Of a stretch of DNA of 64,000 nucleotides, positions 19,798 to 30,098 are shown piece after piece. The DNA lies in IMG/VR virus record IMGVR_UViG_2830247124_000001, positions 1 to 64,000 of that record. One strand, written 5' to 3'. The first letter of the stretch is position 1; every line of letters begins with the position of its first letter. This stretch comes from a virus (lineage: Duplodnaviria; Caudoviricetes). A program made the translations under genes and the position numbers. The notes below the pieces were generated by a model. That model saw nothing but the letters and a program-made list of their open reading frames with translations. It searched no databases and had not been told where the DNA came from.

Positions 19798-21900
19798 CTA
19801 CGTCAGTTCACGGAGGGTCTCCTCAATGCGCTTGGCGATCACCTTCACGCGCTTCGACGTGATTTTTTCGCCGGTCAGTTGCGCACCGACGCGGAGGGAG
19901 CCGTCCTGGTAGACCGACTTGATCCCACCCTTCATGCGGTGCAGCGTGCGGCTCGGGTTCTTTCGCTTCTTCGAGGCCCGTGGGAGGGAGAAGCCATGGT
20001 CTTTCAGGAGAGTCTCCTCACCGAAGGCGCTACCCCGCTTCTTAGCGAGAAACATCTTCGACCCTGGAAGCCAGTCCTGAAGGTACTCGTCCAGATCCGG
20101 GTCGAACGCGCCGGTCACGCTGTAGGCGAAGTGGTCGTTGTCTTCCCCGAGAAAGCCGAGCATAAGCCCATCGAAGTAGACGTACATCGAGTCGCCCACC
20201 ATCTTGACCTCGCCGTTGTCCTCGGCGAACTGGAGGAAGTCGTTGTACCCTGGGATGTCGGTGGCGTCGCAGAAGTCAACGCCGGTGGCCTGCCACTCGT
20301 CAAAGAGGCCAGCGGAGAAGGGTTCGGCGATCTCGTACCCGCGCTCACTTGCCTCGACGGTGCCGACGGATTTCATGCCCATCCGTGCCATCGCTCGTGG
20401 CGGGAGATCGTAGCCCTCGTGAATCGTATCCGCCACCCAGGTGCCGACGAACATGTTGCTAAACTCGTCCGGGGCGTCGGAGCGGACGATGACCTCTGCG
20501 CCCTCCCCTTCAGCCCAGCGGACGTGGACGCTCCCCTTGCGCCCGATGATCTCGTCCTCGGTGTAGGAGGTATAGTTGAGGCCGCGCTCCTGCTGGAGAA
20601 TGCGCATGTCTGCCTTCGTCGCCGACTCGGCCACGAACACCATCTCTCCGGGGTGGCCCCAGAGGTCGTTGGCGTACTGGTCGTGGTCGATCAGGTCGAT
20701 GGGTTCGTCGAAGGTGATCGTCTCTCCCTCGACGGACACCCGGCCAAACTCTTCAGGCTCTTCGCCTGCCTCCTCGACCTTGGTCAGGTCGTTGTAGACC
20801 TCCCGGTTCTTGGTGAAGGCGGCGTAGGAGGAGGCCAGATCAGGGGACCGGTCGTTCTCGGTCTTGCCAGTGTAGCCTTTCATGTCCGCCATGCGTGGCA
20901 TGTCCGAGGGGCCGGATCCCTTGATGTCTCCGTCCAGGTCCACCTCGCCGTAGGCCGAGGGGTCGAGCACGTCCTTGTCGGACATGTCCTCTTCCCAGTC
21001 ACCGATCTCCTTCGACTCTGCCTTGGCTAAGAGATGGTGGTTATTCCGGTCTTTGGTGACGTACTGGTAGACCAGGGAGTCCCAGTCAGCCTCGTCCCCA
21101 AGGCGCGTGGTGGCGTCGAGAAGCTGCTGAAGCTCTTGAATGGTGGCTGGCTTGTCCATCATCGAAAGCTCGACACGGACGTACAGGTTGACCGCCGCCT
21201 CGATGTAGGGGTGCGTCCCGTGCGATCCGATCAGCGCCTTCCGCACGAGCGTCGGGTGAAGCGGGTCGAACTGGAGGAATGGAAGACGCCGGTGCAGCGG
21301 CCCGGACAGGTCCCGCTCTTCGTTGAGCGTGATGCCCACGTAGAGGTTGTCCATGTCCGCCTGCTCGTGGATGTCTCCGTAGTTGATGCGCCCCGTCTGG
21401 AGGAAGTCCAGCAGGAAGGCGTCGGCAGTCGGGCGCGTCTTGTCCCACTCGTCGAGGGTAAGCAAGACTGGGCCGTCCTGGCTGGCCCGCACCGCATCGA
21501 CGAGGACGCCGTGTTGCTTCTTGATTCCGGACGTCTTGTCCTCGTCAGGCAACAGGTCGAGGATGAGGTCCTCCTCGCGGGTCCCTGGGGTCACCTGCCG
21601 GAAGAAGTGCTTCATCTCCAGCACGTCGGCCAGCACCTCGAAGAGCCATGTCTTGCCGGTCCCCGGCGGGCCGAACGCAAACATCCCGCCCAACGGGTCG
21701 GTCTGGAGCGCCGCGTAGATGGCCCGCGCTCGGTCTCGGTCGCAAATGTACCCGGCACCCGAGAGCGCCTCGTGCAGGGAATCGACAGTTAGGATGTCTA
21801 CGGGGTTGGTCTGCTCGACCTCGCCGTTTTCGATTGGGGAGGAGGGCTTCTCGGCCTCTCCGTTGAGGTTGGGGTCGTCGAGGGTGGCTGTGTCAGACAT
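19798..21900 (-). CDS. MoxR-like AAA+ ATPase
   Basis: GPPGTGKT Walker A, LTLDEWDK Walker B, N..RDLSGPLHRR. Confidence 0.85.
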   Translation of the reverse strand: MSDTATLDDPNLNGEAEKPSSPIENGEVEQTNPVDILTVDSLHEALSGAGYICDRDRARAIYAALQTDPLGGMFAFGPPGTGKTWLFEVLADVLEMKHFFRQVTPGTREEDLILDLLPDEDKTSGIKKQHGVLVDAVRASQDGPVLLTLDEWDKTRPTADAFLLDFLQTGRINYGDIHEQADMDNLYVGITLNEERDLSGPLHRRLPFLQFDPLHPTLVRKALIGSHGTHPYIEAAVNLYVRVELSMMDKPATIQELQQLLDATTRLGDEADWDSLVYQYVTKDRNNHHLLAKAESKEIGDWEEDMSDKDVLDPSAYGEVDLDGDIKGSGPSDMPRMADMKGYTGKTENDRSPDLASSYAAFTKNREVYNDLTKVEEAGEEPEEFGRVSVEGETITFDEPIDLIDHDQYANDLWGHPGEMVFVAESATKADMRILQQERGLNYTSYTEDEIIGRKGSVHVRWAEGEGAEVIVRSDAPDEFSNMFVGTWVADTIHEGYDLPPRAMARMGMKSVGTVEASERGYEIAEPFSAGLFDEWQATGVDFCDATDIPGYNDFLQFAEDNGEVKMVGDSMYVYFDGLMLGFLGEDNDHFAYSVTGAFDPDLDEYLQDWLPGSKMFLAKKRGSAFGEETLLKDHGFSLPRASKKRKNPSRTLHRMKGGIKSVYQDGSLRVGAQLTGEKITSKRVKVIAKRIEETLRELT

Positions 21901-21974
21901 TAGAAGTCTGCTTCTCTATTCTTGGAAAGCGGAAATGTTAGAACCTGTATGCAGAATTTTCCTCGCCGAACTTC

Positions 21975-22724
21975 TTAGTTCATCAGCGAGTCCGTCTCGT
22001 CGATCATCGCCTGGAGGTCATCGGAGACGTCTTCTTCCCCGATAGCACTACCGAGCTTCGCGTCTTCTCCAGCACGGTACGCACCGGCCTTCGAGGATTC
22101 GTCCTGAATGTCCTGGAAAACCTGCTCGAAGCGGTCCTTGAGGCCAGAAATATCGACCCCGTGCTCGAATCCCTTCTCCATGTAGGGGCAGTCGCAACTG
22201 GAGAGGACGCCTTGCAGGTAGTGCTCCCAGGCGACCTGCGAGTAGACCCGCCCGTCGTACCCGTCTTCGGTCCTGGCGTAGTCCACCAGTATCGTCCGGA
22301 GCGGTGCCATCGCTTTTTGCATCCCGATCAGGAACGCCGCGAGCCCCTCCAGGTGCTCTTCGGTGACCTCTGGGCCACGCCCGTCCATCCAGGCGATCAC
22401 GTCTTTCCCGTCCAGTGGAAACTCGCTCTCCGGAGAGAGACCGCCCCACATCATGTTGACCTCTTCAGCCATGTCCAAGTACGCTCCTGAGAAAACGCGG
22501 GGCACGTCCCCTCGCTCGATGTCCTGCTCGTATGCCTCGCGGAACGCCTCGAAGGATTCCTTGGCCGTCGCCACTGTTAGCAGGATGGTCTCGGCCAGTT
22601 GGCGACCGGTAATCATCTCAATGTCGGTCATCTCAAGCTCCGTGACTCTGAGCACGTCGAAGCTGGAGAAGAAATTGCGCAGGTTCTGGGCGCTCTCTTG
22701 GTTTGAGTTCGGGGGCATTTCCAT
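21975..22724 (-). CDS. Hypothetical protein
   Basis: 249-aa acidic ORF. Confidence 0.65.
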   Translation of the reverse strand: MEMPPNSNQESAQNLRNFFSSFDVLRVTELEMTDIEMITGRQLAETILLTVATAKESFEAFREAYEQDIERGDVPRVFSGAYLDMAEEVNMMWGGLSPESEFPLDGKDVIAWMDGRGPEVTEEHLEGLAAFLIGMQKAMAPLRTILVDYARTEDGYDGRVYSQVAWEHYLQGVLSSCDCPYMEKGFEHGVDISGLKDRFEQVFQDIQDESSKAGAYRAGEDAKLGSAIGEEDVSDDLQAMIDETDSLMN

Positions 22725-22797
22725 GGGGCAGGTTTTTGCTTTGCTGAAAATAGAACTCGTTTCGAGAATTCAACCTATTCAACACCGCCGCAGAAGG

Positions 22798-22977
22798 TTA
22801 GTTCCGAGGCTCCGATATTTTTCTTCCCTCTGGCTCGGGCGTCGTCTGCTCGATGCCCTCGCTCTGGGCCCGCCGGTAGGGGGCGTGGGGCTGTACGCTG
22901 CGGTCGTCCATCGGCTGGCCGGGACCGGAGACCCAAAACGCGATCATTGCGATAATCATAACGATAAACGGAATCAT
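22798..22977 (-). CDS. Small membrane-anchored protein (59 aa)
   Basis: Manually translated MIPFIVMIIAMIAFWVSG... Confidence 0.45.
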   Translation of the reverse strand: MIPFIVMIIAMIAFWVSGPGQPMDDRSVQPHAPYRRAQSEGIEQTTPEPEGRKISEPRN

Positions 22978-23022
22978 CTGCGAAGAGAATCTTTGTGGTA
23001 GAGAAAGGGGTGTGGGTGATTG

Positions 23023-23607
23023 TTATCCGGTCGTCTTCAGCGCACGCTTCGCGGTCAGGTAGTCCTGGTGGTGCTCTCTGTACTCTTCTTGCAGGTCCTC
23101 CAGGCGTTCTTTCTTCTTTTGAATCCGGTCTGCCTTCCTGGCTTTCTTGTGCCTCCGTTTCGCGTAGATGGCGATCATAGAAAGCCACCGGTAGAAGGGC
23201 ACGTTTTGGTTGACGTGCTGGGTGCAGGCTTTCTTGATTTCTCCAGATAGGTCCCGCTCGTCTGCGTCGGTCACGCCTCTTCTGCTGCCAAGGCGATAGA
23301 ACTCGATGTGGTAGCGCCCGACCCTGGGGTCGGTCCCATTCTGTATCTGCTCGACGCTCGGAGACTGGTGGTAGCTCAGGTCCTCGTTCCAGATCACGCT
23401 GAAGTTTCCGGCGACCTTGTACTGCTTGTCCCGGATCCACAGGCCACTCGTCGGGCCATCGTCCTGGGGGTTGCTTTCGAAGCTGATTTCCTTGGGGCTG
23501 CCTTTTCTGGCATAGACCGCCAAAGATCCGTGCTCTATCGGGGCCAGCTTCCGCAACGTCTTTTCCTTGAGCCAGTCGTTTGTGCTCGTTCTTGAGGTGA
23601 AGTCCAT
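23023..23607 (-). CDS. Hypothetical protein with C-terminal coiled coil
   Basis: ORF in minus-strand run. Confidence 0.6.
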   Translation of the reverse strand: MDFTSRTSTNDWLKEKTLRKLAPIEHGSLAVYARKGSPKEISFESNPQDDGPTSGLWIRDKQYKVAGNFSVIWNEDLSYHQSPSVEQIQNGTDPRVGRYHIEFYRLGSRRGVTDADERDLSGEIKKACTQHVNQNVPFYRWLSMIAIYAKRRHKKARKADRIQKKKERLEDLQEEYREHHQDYLTAKRALKTTG

Positions 23608-23651
23608 GGGGCAAGGTTGCAGTTGGTGGGAGGGCGGGGCGAAGACATGTA

Positions 23652-23981
23652 CTACCCGAGGGGCGGGTGCATAGAAGCAAGCTCGAAGACCACCCGGTGG
23701 AGGTCCTTGCTACACGCAGTGCCCACGTCTCTGGACTGCCATATCTGCTCCCCAGTGTCCTCGCTGGAGGTGCGGAAGATGCGCCCGACGTTCGTGCGCT
23801 TGAACGAGACGGCGACCGAGCGTTCATCCTCGACGATCACGGCCAGCCCGGAGGGCACGTCCCCGTCCTCTGCGGCGGCCTTGCTGCGAGCACTGATGCC
23901 CGTGCCGTACAAGAGAGATTTGATGTAGTCGGTAGGCGTTGTCGTTGTGTCGTTGTCGGAGTTGCTGTTGGAGTTGCTCAT
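23652..23981 (-). CDS. Hypothetical protein
   Basis: Preceded by the CTACCAGACCCC leader motif and the palindrome. Confidence 0.65.
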   Translation of the reverse strand: MSNSNSNSDNDTTTTPTDYIKSLLYGTGISARSKAAAEDGDVPSGLAVIVEDERSVAVSFKRTNVGRIFRTSSEDTGEQIWQSRDVGTACSKDLHRVVFELASMHPPLG

Positions 23982-24066
23982 GGGGTCTGGTAGCTTTCAA
24001 AGAATTATGTGAGAGTGGGCGTCCTGGCCCGAGCCTTCAGGATGAACCTTCAGGATGCTGGGGTTT

Positions 24067-24234
24067 CTATCCGAGTTCGATGTCGGTGATCTCATCGACC
24101 CGGAGGTCCTGCTCGAACTGCGTCTCATCAACTCGGAGCGACTGGGCCCGCCGCCGTGCGTCCTCTTTCGACTCGACGTCGCGGACGAGCACGACTTCAT
24201 CTTTCAGTACGGTGCGTGTGACGAGAGCGTCCAT
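24067..24234 (-). CDS. Small acidic protein (55 aa)
   Basis: Manually translated MDALVTRTVLKDEVVLVRDVES... Confidence 0.5.
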   Translation of the reverse strand: MDALVTRTVLKDEVVLVRDVESKEDARRRAQSLRVDETQFEQDLRVDEITDIELG

Positions 24235-25019
24235 TGATATTGTTGGATGGTGAGTAAAGAATTCAAGTTCGTCGCCAGCTTGTACCGTGCCGGGTTCAGG
24301 TCTGTTCCGAGGCGGGGTCCTCGTAGAGGGGGAGGCCCGTCCCGCTCATGGGCGAGGCTTACCCAAAATGAAATTGCAAAATGAAATGTGTAAGGCTCCG
24401 CGCACGCGGGCGCGGAAAATGAAATACGTAAGGAAGGGGTGAACCCCCTCCAAGGCGCACGCACGCGCCCGATCACACGCCCGCGCTATTTATATATTAT
24501 TTATAATACTACTCAATTAGAATAGTATAGGTTTTAAGAATTGTATCTCCCATGTAAGTAGTCATCAGTAAAAGTAGTCGATACCGGATCTGCCGAAAAT
24601 TGCCCGGTCTTGGGGGCTGTTCGGGCCGAAACGGGATGCGCTGCGCTCGCTTCGCTCCCTTGCTGTAGCGCGTCCGCGCTACGTCGTGTGGATGGGGGAG
24701 GACCCCCTCTGGTAGTGGTGGGACATTAGTATGCCTCTCTTGTAGAGGCGTTGAGTTCAGTAGTCCTCCCACCGACGGGTGGTGAAGTATTGGAAGAATG
24801 AAATCCCATAGTTGACTTCTAACAGGTTTGCAAAAAGGTTGGGGCCGACCCCTGGGCATCACATGAAACCTACAGAGGCCCGCAGTGAGGCCCACCAGTG
24901 GATCCCAGAGGCCCGCCAGCGGATCTCAAAAGAAAAAGGGCAGCCCAGCTTGCGCCAGACTGCCCTTCACTCACTCTCACTCACACGCGAGAGTCTTGAA
25001 ATGTGTTGTACTTAGGGCG

Positions 25020-25769
25020 TCAGTGGGCCTCCGCGTTCTGGTTATCGGCCTGGTCATCGACCCGTCGGCGGGCCTCCTCTTCCGCCTCGTCAGATTCTTT
25101 GATCTGCTGGCGAAATAGGCTCTGAACCTCTTCCTTTGAGAAGCTGACGTCCCCACCGGTGTCGATGCCGAGTTCCTCCTCCACTCGGGCGAGGCGCTCT
25201 TCGACCACCTTCACCTTCCGCTCGATGACCTGATTGGTCACGCTCAGGACGGTGTCAACAAGCGACCCGCCGAGGCGCTCGGAAAAGTCCTCGTAGATGG
25301 CCTCTTTGACCTTCTCCTTGGCCTCCTCCTCGTCGGTGTCACCGGCGTCTGCGAGACTGTCTTGCGCCTGGACGTTAAGCTCCAGAAGAAGGTCCATCAG
25401 GCTCTCGCCCATGTCCCCGGCGTAGGCGCTGCTGGTTGCCTGCGGGCCCGAGTCAGATCGGGGCCAAGAACTGCCAGTGTCTTCGGAGCCTCGGTCTTCT
25501 TTGTGGGTGTCTCTGGGCTGGCGTCCTGCGATGGCCCCCTTTACAAGCTGGTCCTTCGAAGCGTGGGAGATCCACGTCCCTGGGCCGCACTCATCACGCG
25601 CAATGATACGAAGCTCTTTTACGCGAAGACGATTTAAGTGCCGCTCTGTTCGGGGGATTTTTTGGAGGTCTTCCTCGCTGAAGTCGTCGAGGTCCTCGGT
25701 CTTGATGTCGCTGGGCGAGATATCGCTAGGTCCGTCTTCTAGGCCATCACTCCCCTTGGATCGGCTCAT
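25020..25769 (-). CDS. Protein with Rho-N/SAP-like helical motif and coiled coil
   Basis: LRVKELRIIARD..WISHASKDQLV. Confidence 0.55.
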   Translation of the reverse strand: MSRSKGSDGLEDGPSDISPSDIKTEDLDDFSEEDLQKIPRTERHLNRLRVKELRIIARDECGPGTWISHASKDQLVKGAIAGRQPRDTHKEDRGSEDTGSSWPRSDSGPQATSSAYAGDMGESLMDLLLELNVQAQDSLADAGDTDEEEAKEKVKEAIYEDFSERLGGSLVDTVLSVTNQVIERKVKVVEERLARVEEELGIDTGGDVSFSKEEVQSLFRQQIKESDEAEEEARRRVDDQADNQNAEAH

Positions 25770-25911
25770 TTTTTTTGGAATTTGTATGTTCAGGTGTAGT
25801 CGATTCGAGGAAACTGCATCTGCTTGAATTCAACTGAATTCCAGTCGTTCCGTAGTATGTAGAGCCAAAGTGTGAATTCGAAAGAATACAGATTATTTTT
25901 TCTTCCGTACC

Positions 25912-26613
25912 TCAGTTTACGTGAATTAGACGACCGCAGATAATTTTTAGGTTGCCACCGAGGCCGGACCGGTCGATAATTTTTTGCATAAGCTCAGTCG
26001 CCCCAGAAAAAACCATTCCGATTTGGAGAAGAGCCTGCACGACCGCTTCGATTTCTTCTTTCGGAAGCTCTCTGGTATCATTTTCTTCGCAGGAATTATT
26101 GAACCGGCGCATGATCGCACTAAGGGCTTCCTTCTCGGCGCGTTGGACGTACTCTGCGCTTTTGTTTTCCACGTATCTGCGCTGCTCCTCGTCAAATTCA
26201 GAAAGGCGTCCTGTCCCACTAAAATCTTCTGGCGTGACGCTCTCATAAGCAAAGTCCAATTCCTCCTCCTCTTGAGGAATCGCGTATATCACTACCCCGA
26301 GACTGTCCCAGAAGCTAGGAATCGCAAGAAGGCGAAACCGAGCGCCGCTGATGTGATTCCCGACAGCCTCCCCGTCGTTTACGACAGGACAAGTTTCGTA
26401 TGAGCCTTCTCCAAAACCGCCGTCTATGTCAAAAATGTCTGTCATTTTTTCTCCGACCGGCATTTGAAGCAAGCGGTTTGCCCGACGGTTGGCCTGTACT
26501 ACATAGAAATCTTTTACTCGAATGGTGGGGGTCTCAATTCCGTGAAACTTCTCTTCGAATACCTCAGTCCAGTCGGTTTCCTCTGAGGCTTCGGTGGATG
26601 GTGAGATGACCAT
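25912..26613 (-). CDS. Hypothetical protein (lower-GC, moron-like)
   Basis: 233-aa ORF in a visibly AT-richer segment. Confidence 0.55.
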   Translation of the reverse strand: MVISPSTEASEETDWTEVFEEKFHGIETPTIRVKDFYVVQANRRANRLLQMPVGEKMTDIFDIDGGFGEGSYETCPVVNDGEAVGNHISGARFRLLAIPSFWDSLGVVIYAIPQEEEELDFAYESVTPEDFSGTGRLSEFDEEQRRYVENKSAEYVQRAEKEALSAIMRRFNNSCEENDTRELPKEEIEAVVQALLQIGMVFSGATELMQKIIDRSGLGGNLKIICGRLIHVN

Positions 26614-26856
26614 ACTACGTAAGACATAAGAGACAAAAAAGATGAAAGCCCAATCCTTTAGCTGTTGTGTGGCCCCACGGCTCGGAGCAAAGGACGTTTC
26701 ATGAATTCAAACCAGATGTAAAAAAGAACCACGCCAAAAGTAAAAACCCCCTGGCCCGGTTGGACCAGGGGGTGGTGAAGAGCTACCAGACCCAATTCAC
26801 CAATGCCGTGAACGCAGGTCTGGAAGGCCGGTTTCGGTTCGCGGGTCTGGGGCAGT

Positions 26857-27045
26857 TCATGTGCCTGGGGTAAGCTCCACGTCACCTTCCGGGACGGTGT
26901 CCCCTTCGGAGAAATTCTCAAGGTCCTGGTCGGCGCTGGCCTCTCGCCGCACGCGCTTCTCCTCGACGCGGAACCACTTGGCGAATTCGCGGGCGCTGTC
27001 GAACACGGGGTCGTGGGTCGTATTTGCTGGGAAAATGTTTTGCAT
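26857..27045 (-). CDS. Small hypothetical protein
   Basis: Preceded by a tandemly duplicated CTACCAGACCC motif. Confidence 0.55.
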   Translation of the reverse strand: MQNIFPANTTHDPVFDSAREFAKWFRVEEKRVRREASADQDLENFSEGDTVPEGDVELTPGT

Positions 27046-27113
27046 AGAGGGTCTGGTAGATTAGGGTCTGGTAGATTAGGGGTGAAAGTTGGCGTAGTCA
27101 GTTGCCAATGTAG

Positions 27114-27689
27114 TCAGTTGTCACCGCTTCTTCGCTCGCCGTCGGGGCCGACGTGGCGGTAGAGGGTGCTCGTTCCGATGTCGAATCGGTCGCAGATGTC
27201 CTTCGTGGACACCTCGTCATCGCGCATCAGGGCCTGGATCTGCGTGATGTCCTCCTCGCTGAGGGCCGAGGGCCTACCGCCGGTCTTGCCTCGCTCTTTG
27301 GCCGCCTTGAGGCCCGCCATCGTCCTCTCGCGGGTCATGTTGCGCTCGAATTCGGCCATTGCAGCCATGATGTGAAACACCAGCTTGCCCTGGGCGCTGG
27401 TCGTGTCGATGTCCTGCTGAAGGGACACGAAGTCAATGCCCTGATCTCCAAGGGACTCGACCTTCTCGACGAGGTCCTGCATCGAGCGGCCCAGACGGTC
27501 GAGCTTCCACACCACGAGGGTGTCCCCCTCACGGAGGTGCTCCATGCACTCCTGGAGCTTTGGCCTCTCCTTGGCCGCCCCGGAAATCTTCTCCGAGTAA
27601 ATTTTCTCACAGCCCTCGTCTTCGAGGGCATCGATCTGCATGTCGAGCGTCTGCTCTCCGGTCGAAACTCTGGCGTATCCAACTTTCAT
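27114..27689 (-). CDS. Serine resolvase/invertase with C-terminal HTH
   Basis: GYARVST, VWKLDRLGRS, AEFER, GGRP, STLYR. Confidence 0.96.
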   Translation of the reverse strand: MKVGYARVSTGEQTLDMQIDALEDEGCEKIYSEKISGAAKERPKLQECMEHLREGDTLVVWKLDRLGRSMQDLVEKVESLGDQGIDFVSLQQDIDTTSAQGKLVFHIMAAMAEFERNMTRERTMAGLKAAKERGKTGGRPSALSEEDITQIQALMRDDEVSTKDICDRFDIGTSTLYRHVGPDGERRSGDN

Positions 27690-27761
27690 CGGTCGAAGGG
27701 ATTTTGGTGCAGGGAGTCAAAGAATTCTTTGAGTTCTGGGCGTCTTCGGTGCCATTGGTTG

Positions 27762-28199
27762 CTACTCCCGGATCGTGAGTTCCCCGTCGCCAGAGACGTG
27801 GCCGTCGCCCGAGTGAGACGCAGTCTCTCGCTGGCCGACCGCTGGCATGTCTGCGCGGAAGTGATCGCAGGAAACAGGTTCGATCTCGGCATTTACCCAG
27901 GAGATGTCTGCCTTCGTCTCCGTCTGGGCCAATCGGATCAGGTCCTTGAACTCCTCGATTCCGGGGTCCTCCTGGGGGGAGACCACGAACGTGAGCACGG
28001 TGGCCTGCTCGCTGTCCATCGCCGCCGTGTAGGGCGGCTGTCCGTTGCCGTCCTCCCGCCAGATGCCGGTGCCCCCGAGCACGGTAAGGCCGCCTGTGAC
28101 CTCGCTGATAAGCTCACAGGCACGCTCTACGAACGCGGAGATGTCCTGGCTTGAGCCAATTGAGAATGAGTAGCGAACGCGATTGGAAGTAAACTCCAT
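27762..28199 (-). CDS. Hypothetical protein
   Basis: From MEFTSNRV, downstream of the promoter at 28282-28310. Confidence 0.65.
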   Translation of the reverse strand: MEFTSNRVRYSFSIGSSQDISAFVERACELISEVTGGLTVLGGTGIWREDGNGQPPYTAAMDSEQATVLTFVVSPQEDPGIEEFKDLIRLAQTETKADISWVNAEIEPVSCDHFRADMPAVGQRETASHSGDGHVSGDGELTIRE

Positions 28200-28281
28200 G
28201 GGGTCGTGTGTGGGTCTGGTAGATTCGGTAAATTGGGTCTGGTAGAACAGCCGACGACGCCTCCCGTCAACTGTGGAAGTC

Positions 28282-28310
28282 AATGTATGAATTCAACAAT
28301 CGAATGTCAA
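28282..28310 (-). promoter_or_regulatory. Sigma70-type early promoter
   Basis: TTGACA-17 bp-TACATT. Confidence 0.8.
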
Positions 28311-28385
28311 ACTGTCTCCTAACGAGGACTTATCTGCTTGCCTCGTAGACACCGGACGTGCAATCAAGCACGACCGGCGTAGGCT

Positions 28386-28599
28386 CTACTTGGCCTCCTG
28401 GTACTGCTCTTCAAGAGCATCCCGCTCCCGCTTGCTCAGTTCGTTGATGTTGCTCCCGTAGAGGGTGTTCTCGTACCACTGAACCTTCTCTTCTCCCTCA
28501 CTACGAATGTAGTGGGTATCGTAGCCACGGTGGTAGAGAATTTTGAGCCCAAGGGGCTCGGCTTCGGAAGCTGATACTTCTTCGAAGGGTGCGTCCATA
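28386..28599 (-). CDS. Small early protein
   Basis: ORF between repeat elements; alternative start at 28613. Confidence 0.6.
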
Positions 28600-28693
28600 A
28601 TGGGTCTGGTCAAGTGTGAGTTACCACGAACGAGGGCTTATTTGCTTGCCTCGTAGCACCCGATGGTACCTCTCGGCCCATCGGGTGGTCATG

Positions 28694-29053
28694 CTACCGG
28701 GCGGCCTCCCAATCAGGCGAGATGGCCGAGTAGGAAGAGTAGTGTTCCTTCTCGTATCCGTCGAAGAGTTCTTCGAACTGCTCGTAGTTCTTCTGGACGC
28801 CACCCTGGTCGATCCAGTCCGAAACAGCCTCCGGACTTCCGTGGCAACCGGACGGGGCCATGTTGTAGAGCACCTCGTACATCTCTACGAGTTGCTTGGA
28901 ATTTATGTGGTCTGCCTTCCGCATCACGGTCTCGAATTCGTGGCTGAGAAAGGCGTATGTGAACCCACCGGGACGGTGTCCATCGAGGACGTACCGGCGG
29001 ATCGTGTCGAACGTGATCTCGGATACCGGAGAATCGTGCTGGGGAATAGCCAT
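28694..29053 (-). CDS. Small early protein
   Basis: RYVLDGHRPGGF..APSGCHGS..V..W; bounded by a repeat element. Confidence 0.7.
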   Translation of the reverse strand: MAIPQHDSPVSEITFDTIRRYVLDGHRPGGFTYAFLSHEFETVMRKADHINSKQLVEMYEVLYNMAPSGCHGSPEAVSDWIDQGGVQKNYEQFEELFDGYEKEHYSSYSAISPDWEAAR

Positions 29054-29094
29054 AAGGCTGAGGGGTTGGTGAGGGGGTTGGTTGTGTGAGTGAG

Positions 29095-29319
29095 TTACTC
29101 GTTGAGGGCGTCACCGAAATCGTCGGTGAGTCCACGAAGGTTTTCTTTCTGCTCGTCAGAGACGACGCCTTCGGCCTCTTGGGTTTGGAGCTTGACGATA
29201 CTGCCCTTGTACTGCACCCAGGCGCAATCGCAATCTGGGCACGGGTCGTTTACCTCGCCTTGCTCGATCTCGAACTCGGTGCCGCAATCGTCGCAGGTGA
29301 CGGTGGCAAAATCGGCCAT
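29095..29319 (-). CDS. Small zinc-ribbon protein
   Basis: CDDC...CPDC. Confidence 0.65.
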   Translation of the reverse strand: MADFATVTCDDCGTEFEIEQGEVNDPCPDCDCAWVQYKGSIVKLQTQEAEGVVSDEQKENLRGLTDDFGDALNE

Positions 29320-29350
29320 ATCAGGTCAGGAATTTGGTTGTGTGAGTGAA

Positions 29351-29569
29351 TTAGCTCAGGTACTGCTTGTGAATTTCTTCGGGGGTGTGCTCTCTGGTGC
29401 TGAACTCGGCGCTGTGCGTGATGATGCACGCTCCGATCACGTCGCCCTCTTCGGCGTCCGAGTCCTCGCTGGGGAACGCGCAGAGGATCGGCTGTACTTG
29501 CTCAATCGAGAGCGTGTTGACGACGTGGCCGTCGATCATTTCGAAGTGCTTCATGGCTGGGTGGTTCAT
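29351..29569 (-). CDS. Small early protein
   Basis: First ORF after the promoter at 29609-29637. Confidence 0.55.
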   Translation of the reverse strand: MNHPAMKHFEMIDGHVVNTLSIEQVQPILCAFPSEDSDAEEGDVIGACIITHSAEFSTREHTPEEIHKQYLS

Positions 29570-29608
29570 TTGTGTGAATGGGTCTGGTCAGCATCGAATG
29601 TATAACCC

Positions 29609-29637
29609 AATGTAAGAATTCACATCGAGAATGTCAA
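29609..29637 (-). promoter_or_regulatory. Sigma70-type early promoter
   Basis: TTGACA-17 bp-TACATT. Confidence 0.8.
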
Positions 29638-29698
29638 GCTGGGGTCTTATTTGCTTGCCCCGTAGTGCCCACCGGACGAGGCCGGTGGGCGGTCGTGA

Positions 29699-30061
29699 CT
29701 ACGTGCTTTGCGGGCTAATGACCTCGACCGCATAGAAGTCTGGGTTTCCAGACTGGAGCCCAGAGGGTCCCTTCTCGGTGATGTATTCATCTTCATCCAG
29801 GCGGGCGTGGTCTTTCGCCTCTTCCCAGGACTGCGCTGGGCCTCGTACACACCGCTTGTCGTGATACGTCGTGCGGACGTGATTGCCGTCCTCGTCCAAC
29901 TCGACGCCAGACTCGTTGATGACCACTGGGTGGCCGTCTTCCTCCGTGTCGTGGGTCTTCTGGCGATCCCCACGTCCGGTGCCGCGAGAATGGTGGCCGT
30001 CGTGGGCTTCGATCCAGTCGTTGTGACGGTCGGAAAATTGCGTGTGGATTGTATATCTCAT
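29699..30061 (-). CDS. Small early protein
   Basis: From MRYTIHTQF; followed by a repeat element. Confidence 0.6.
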   Translation of the reverse strand: MRYTIHTQFSDRHNDWIEAHDGHHSRGTGRGDRQKTHDTEEDGHPVVINESGVELDEDGNHVRTTYHDKRCVRGPAQSWEEAKDHARLDEDEYITEKGPSGLQSGNPDFYAVEVISPQST

Positions 30062-30098
30062 CGGATCGTTCCGTGTGGTGAGTGAGAGGTTCTTTGAG

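Noticed and set aside
19879-21792. Long opposite-strand ORFs (also 55698..56957, 31465..32526, 27153..28154, 50250..51254)
   Set aside because: Antisense shadows of well-supported genes in high-GC DNA, with no motifs.
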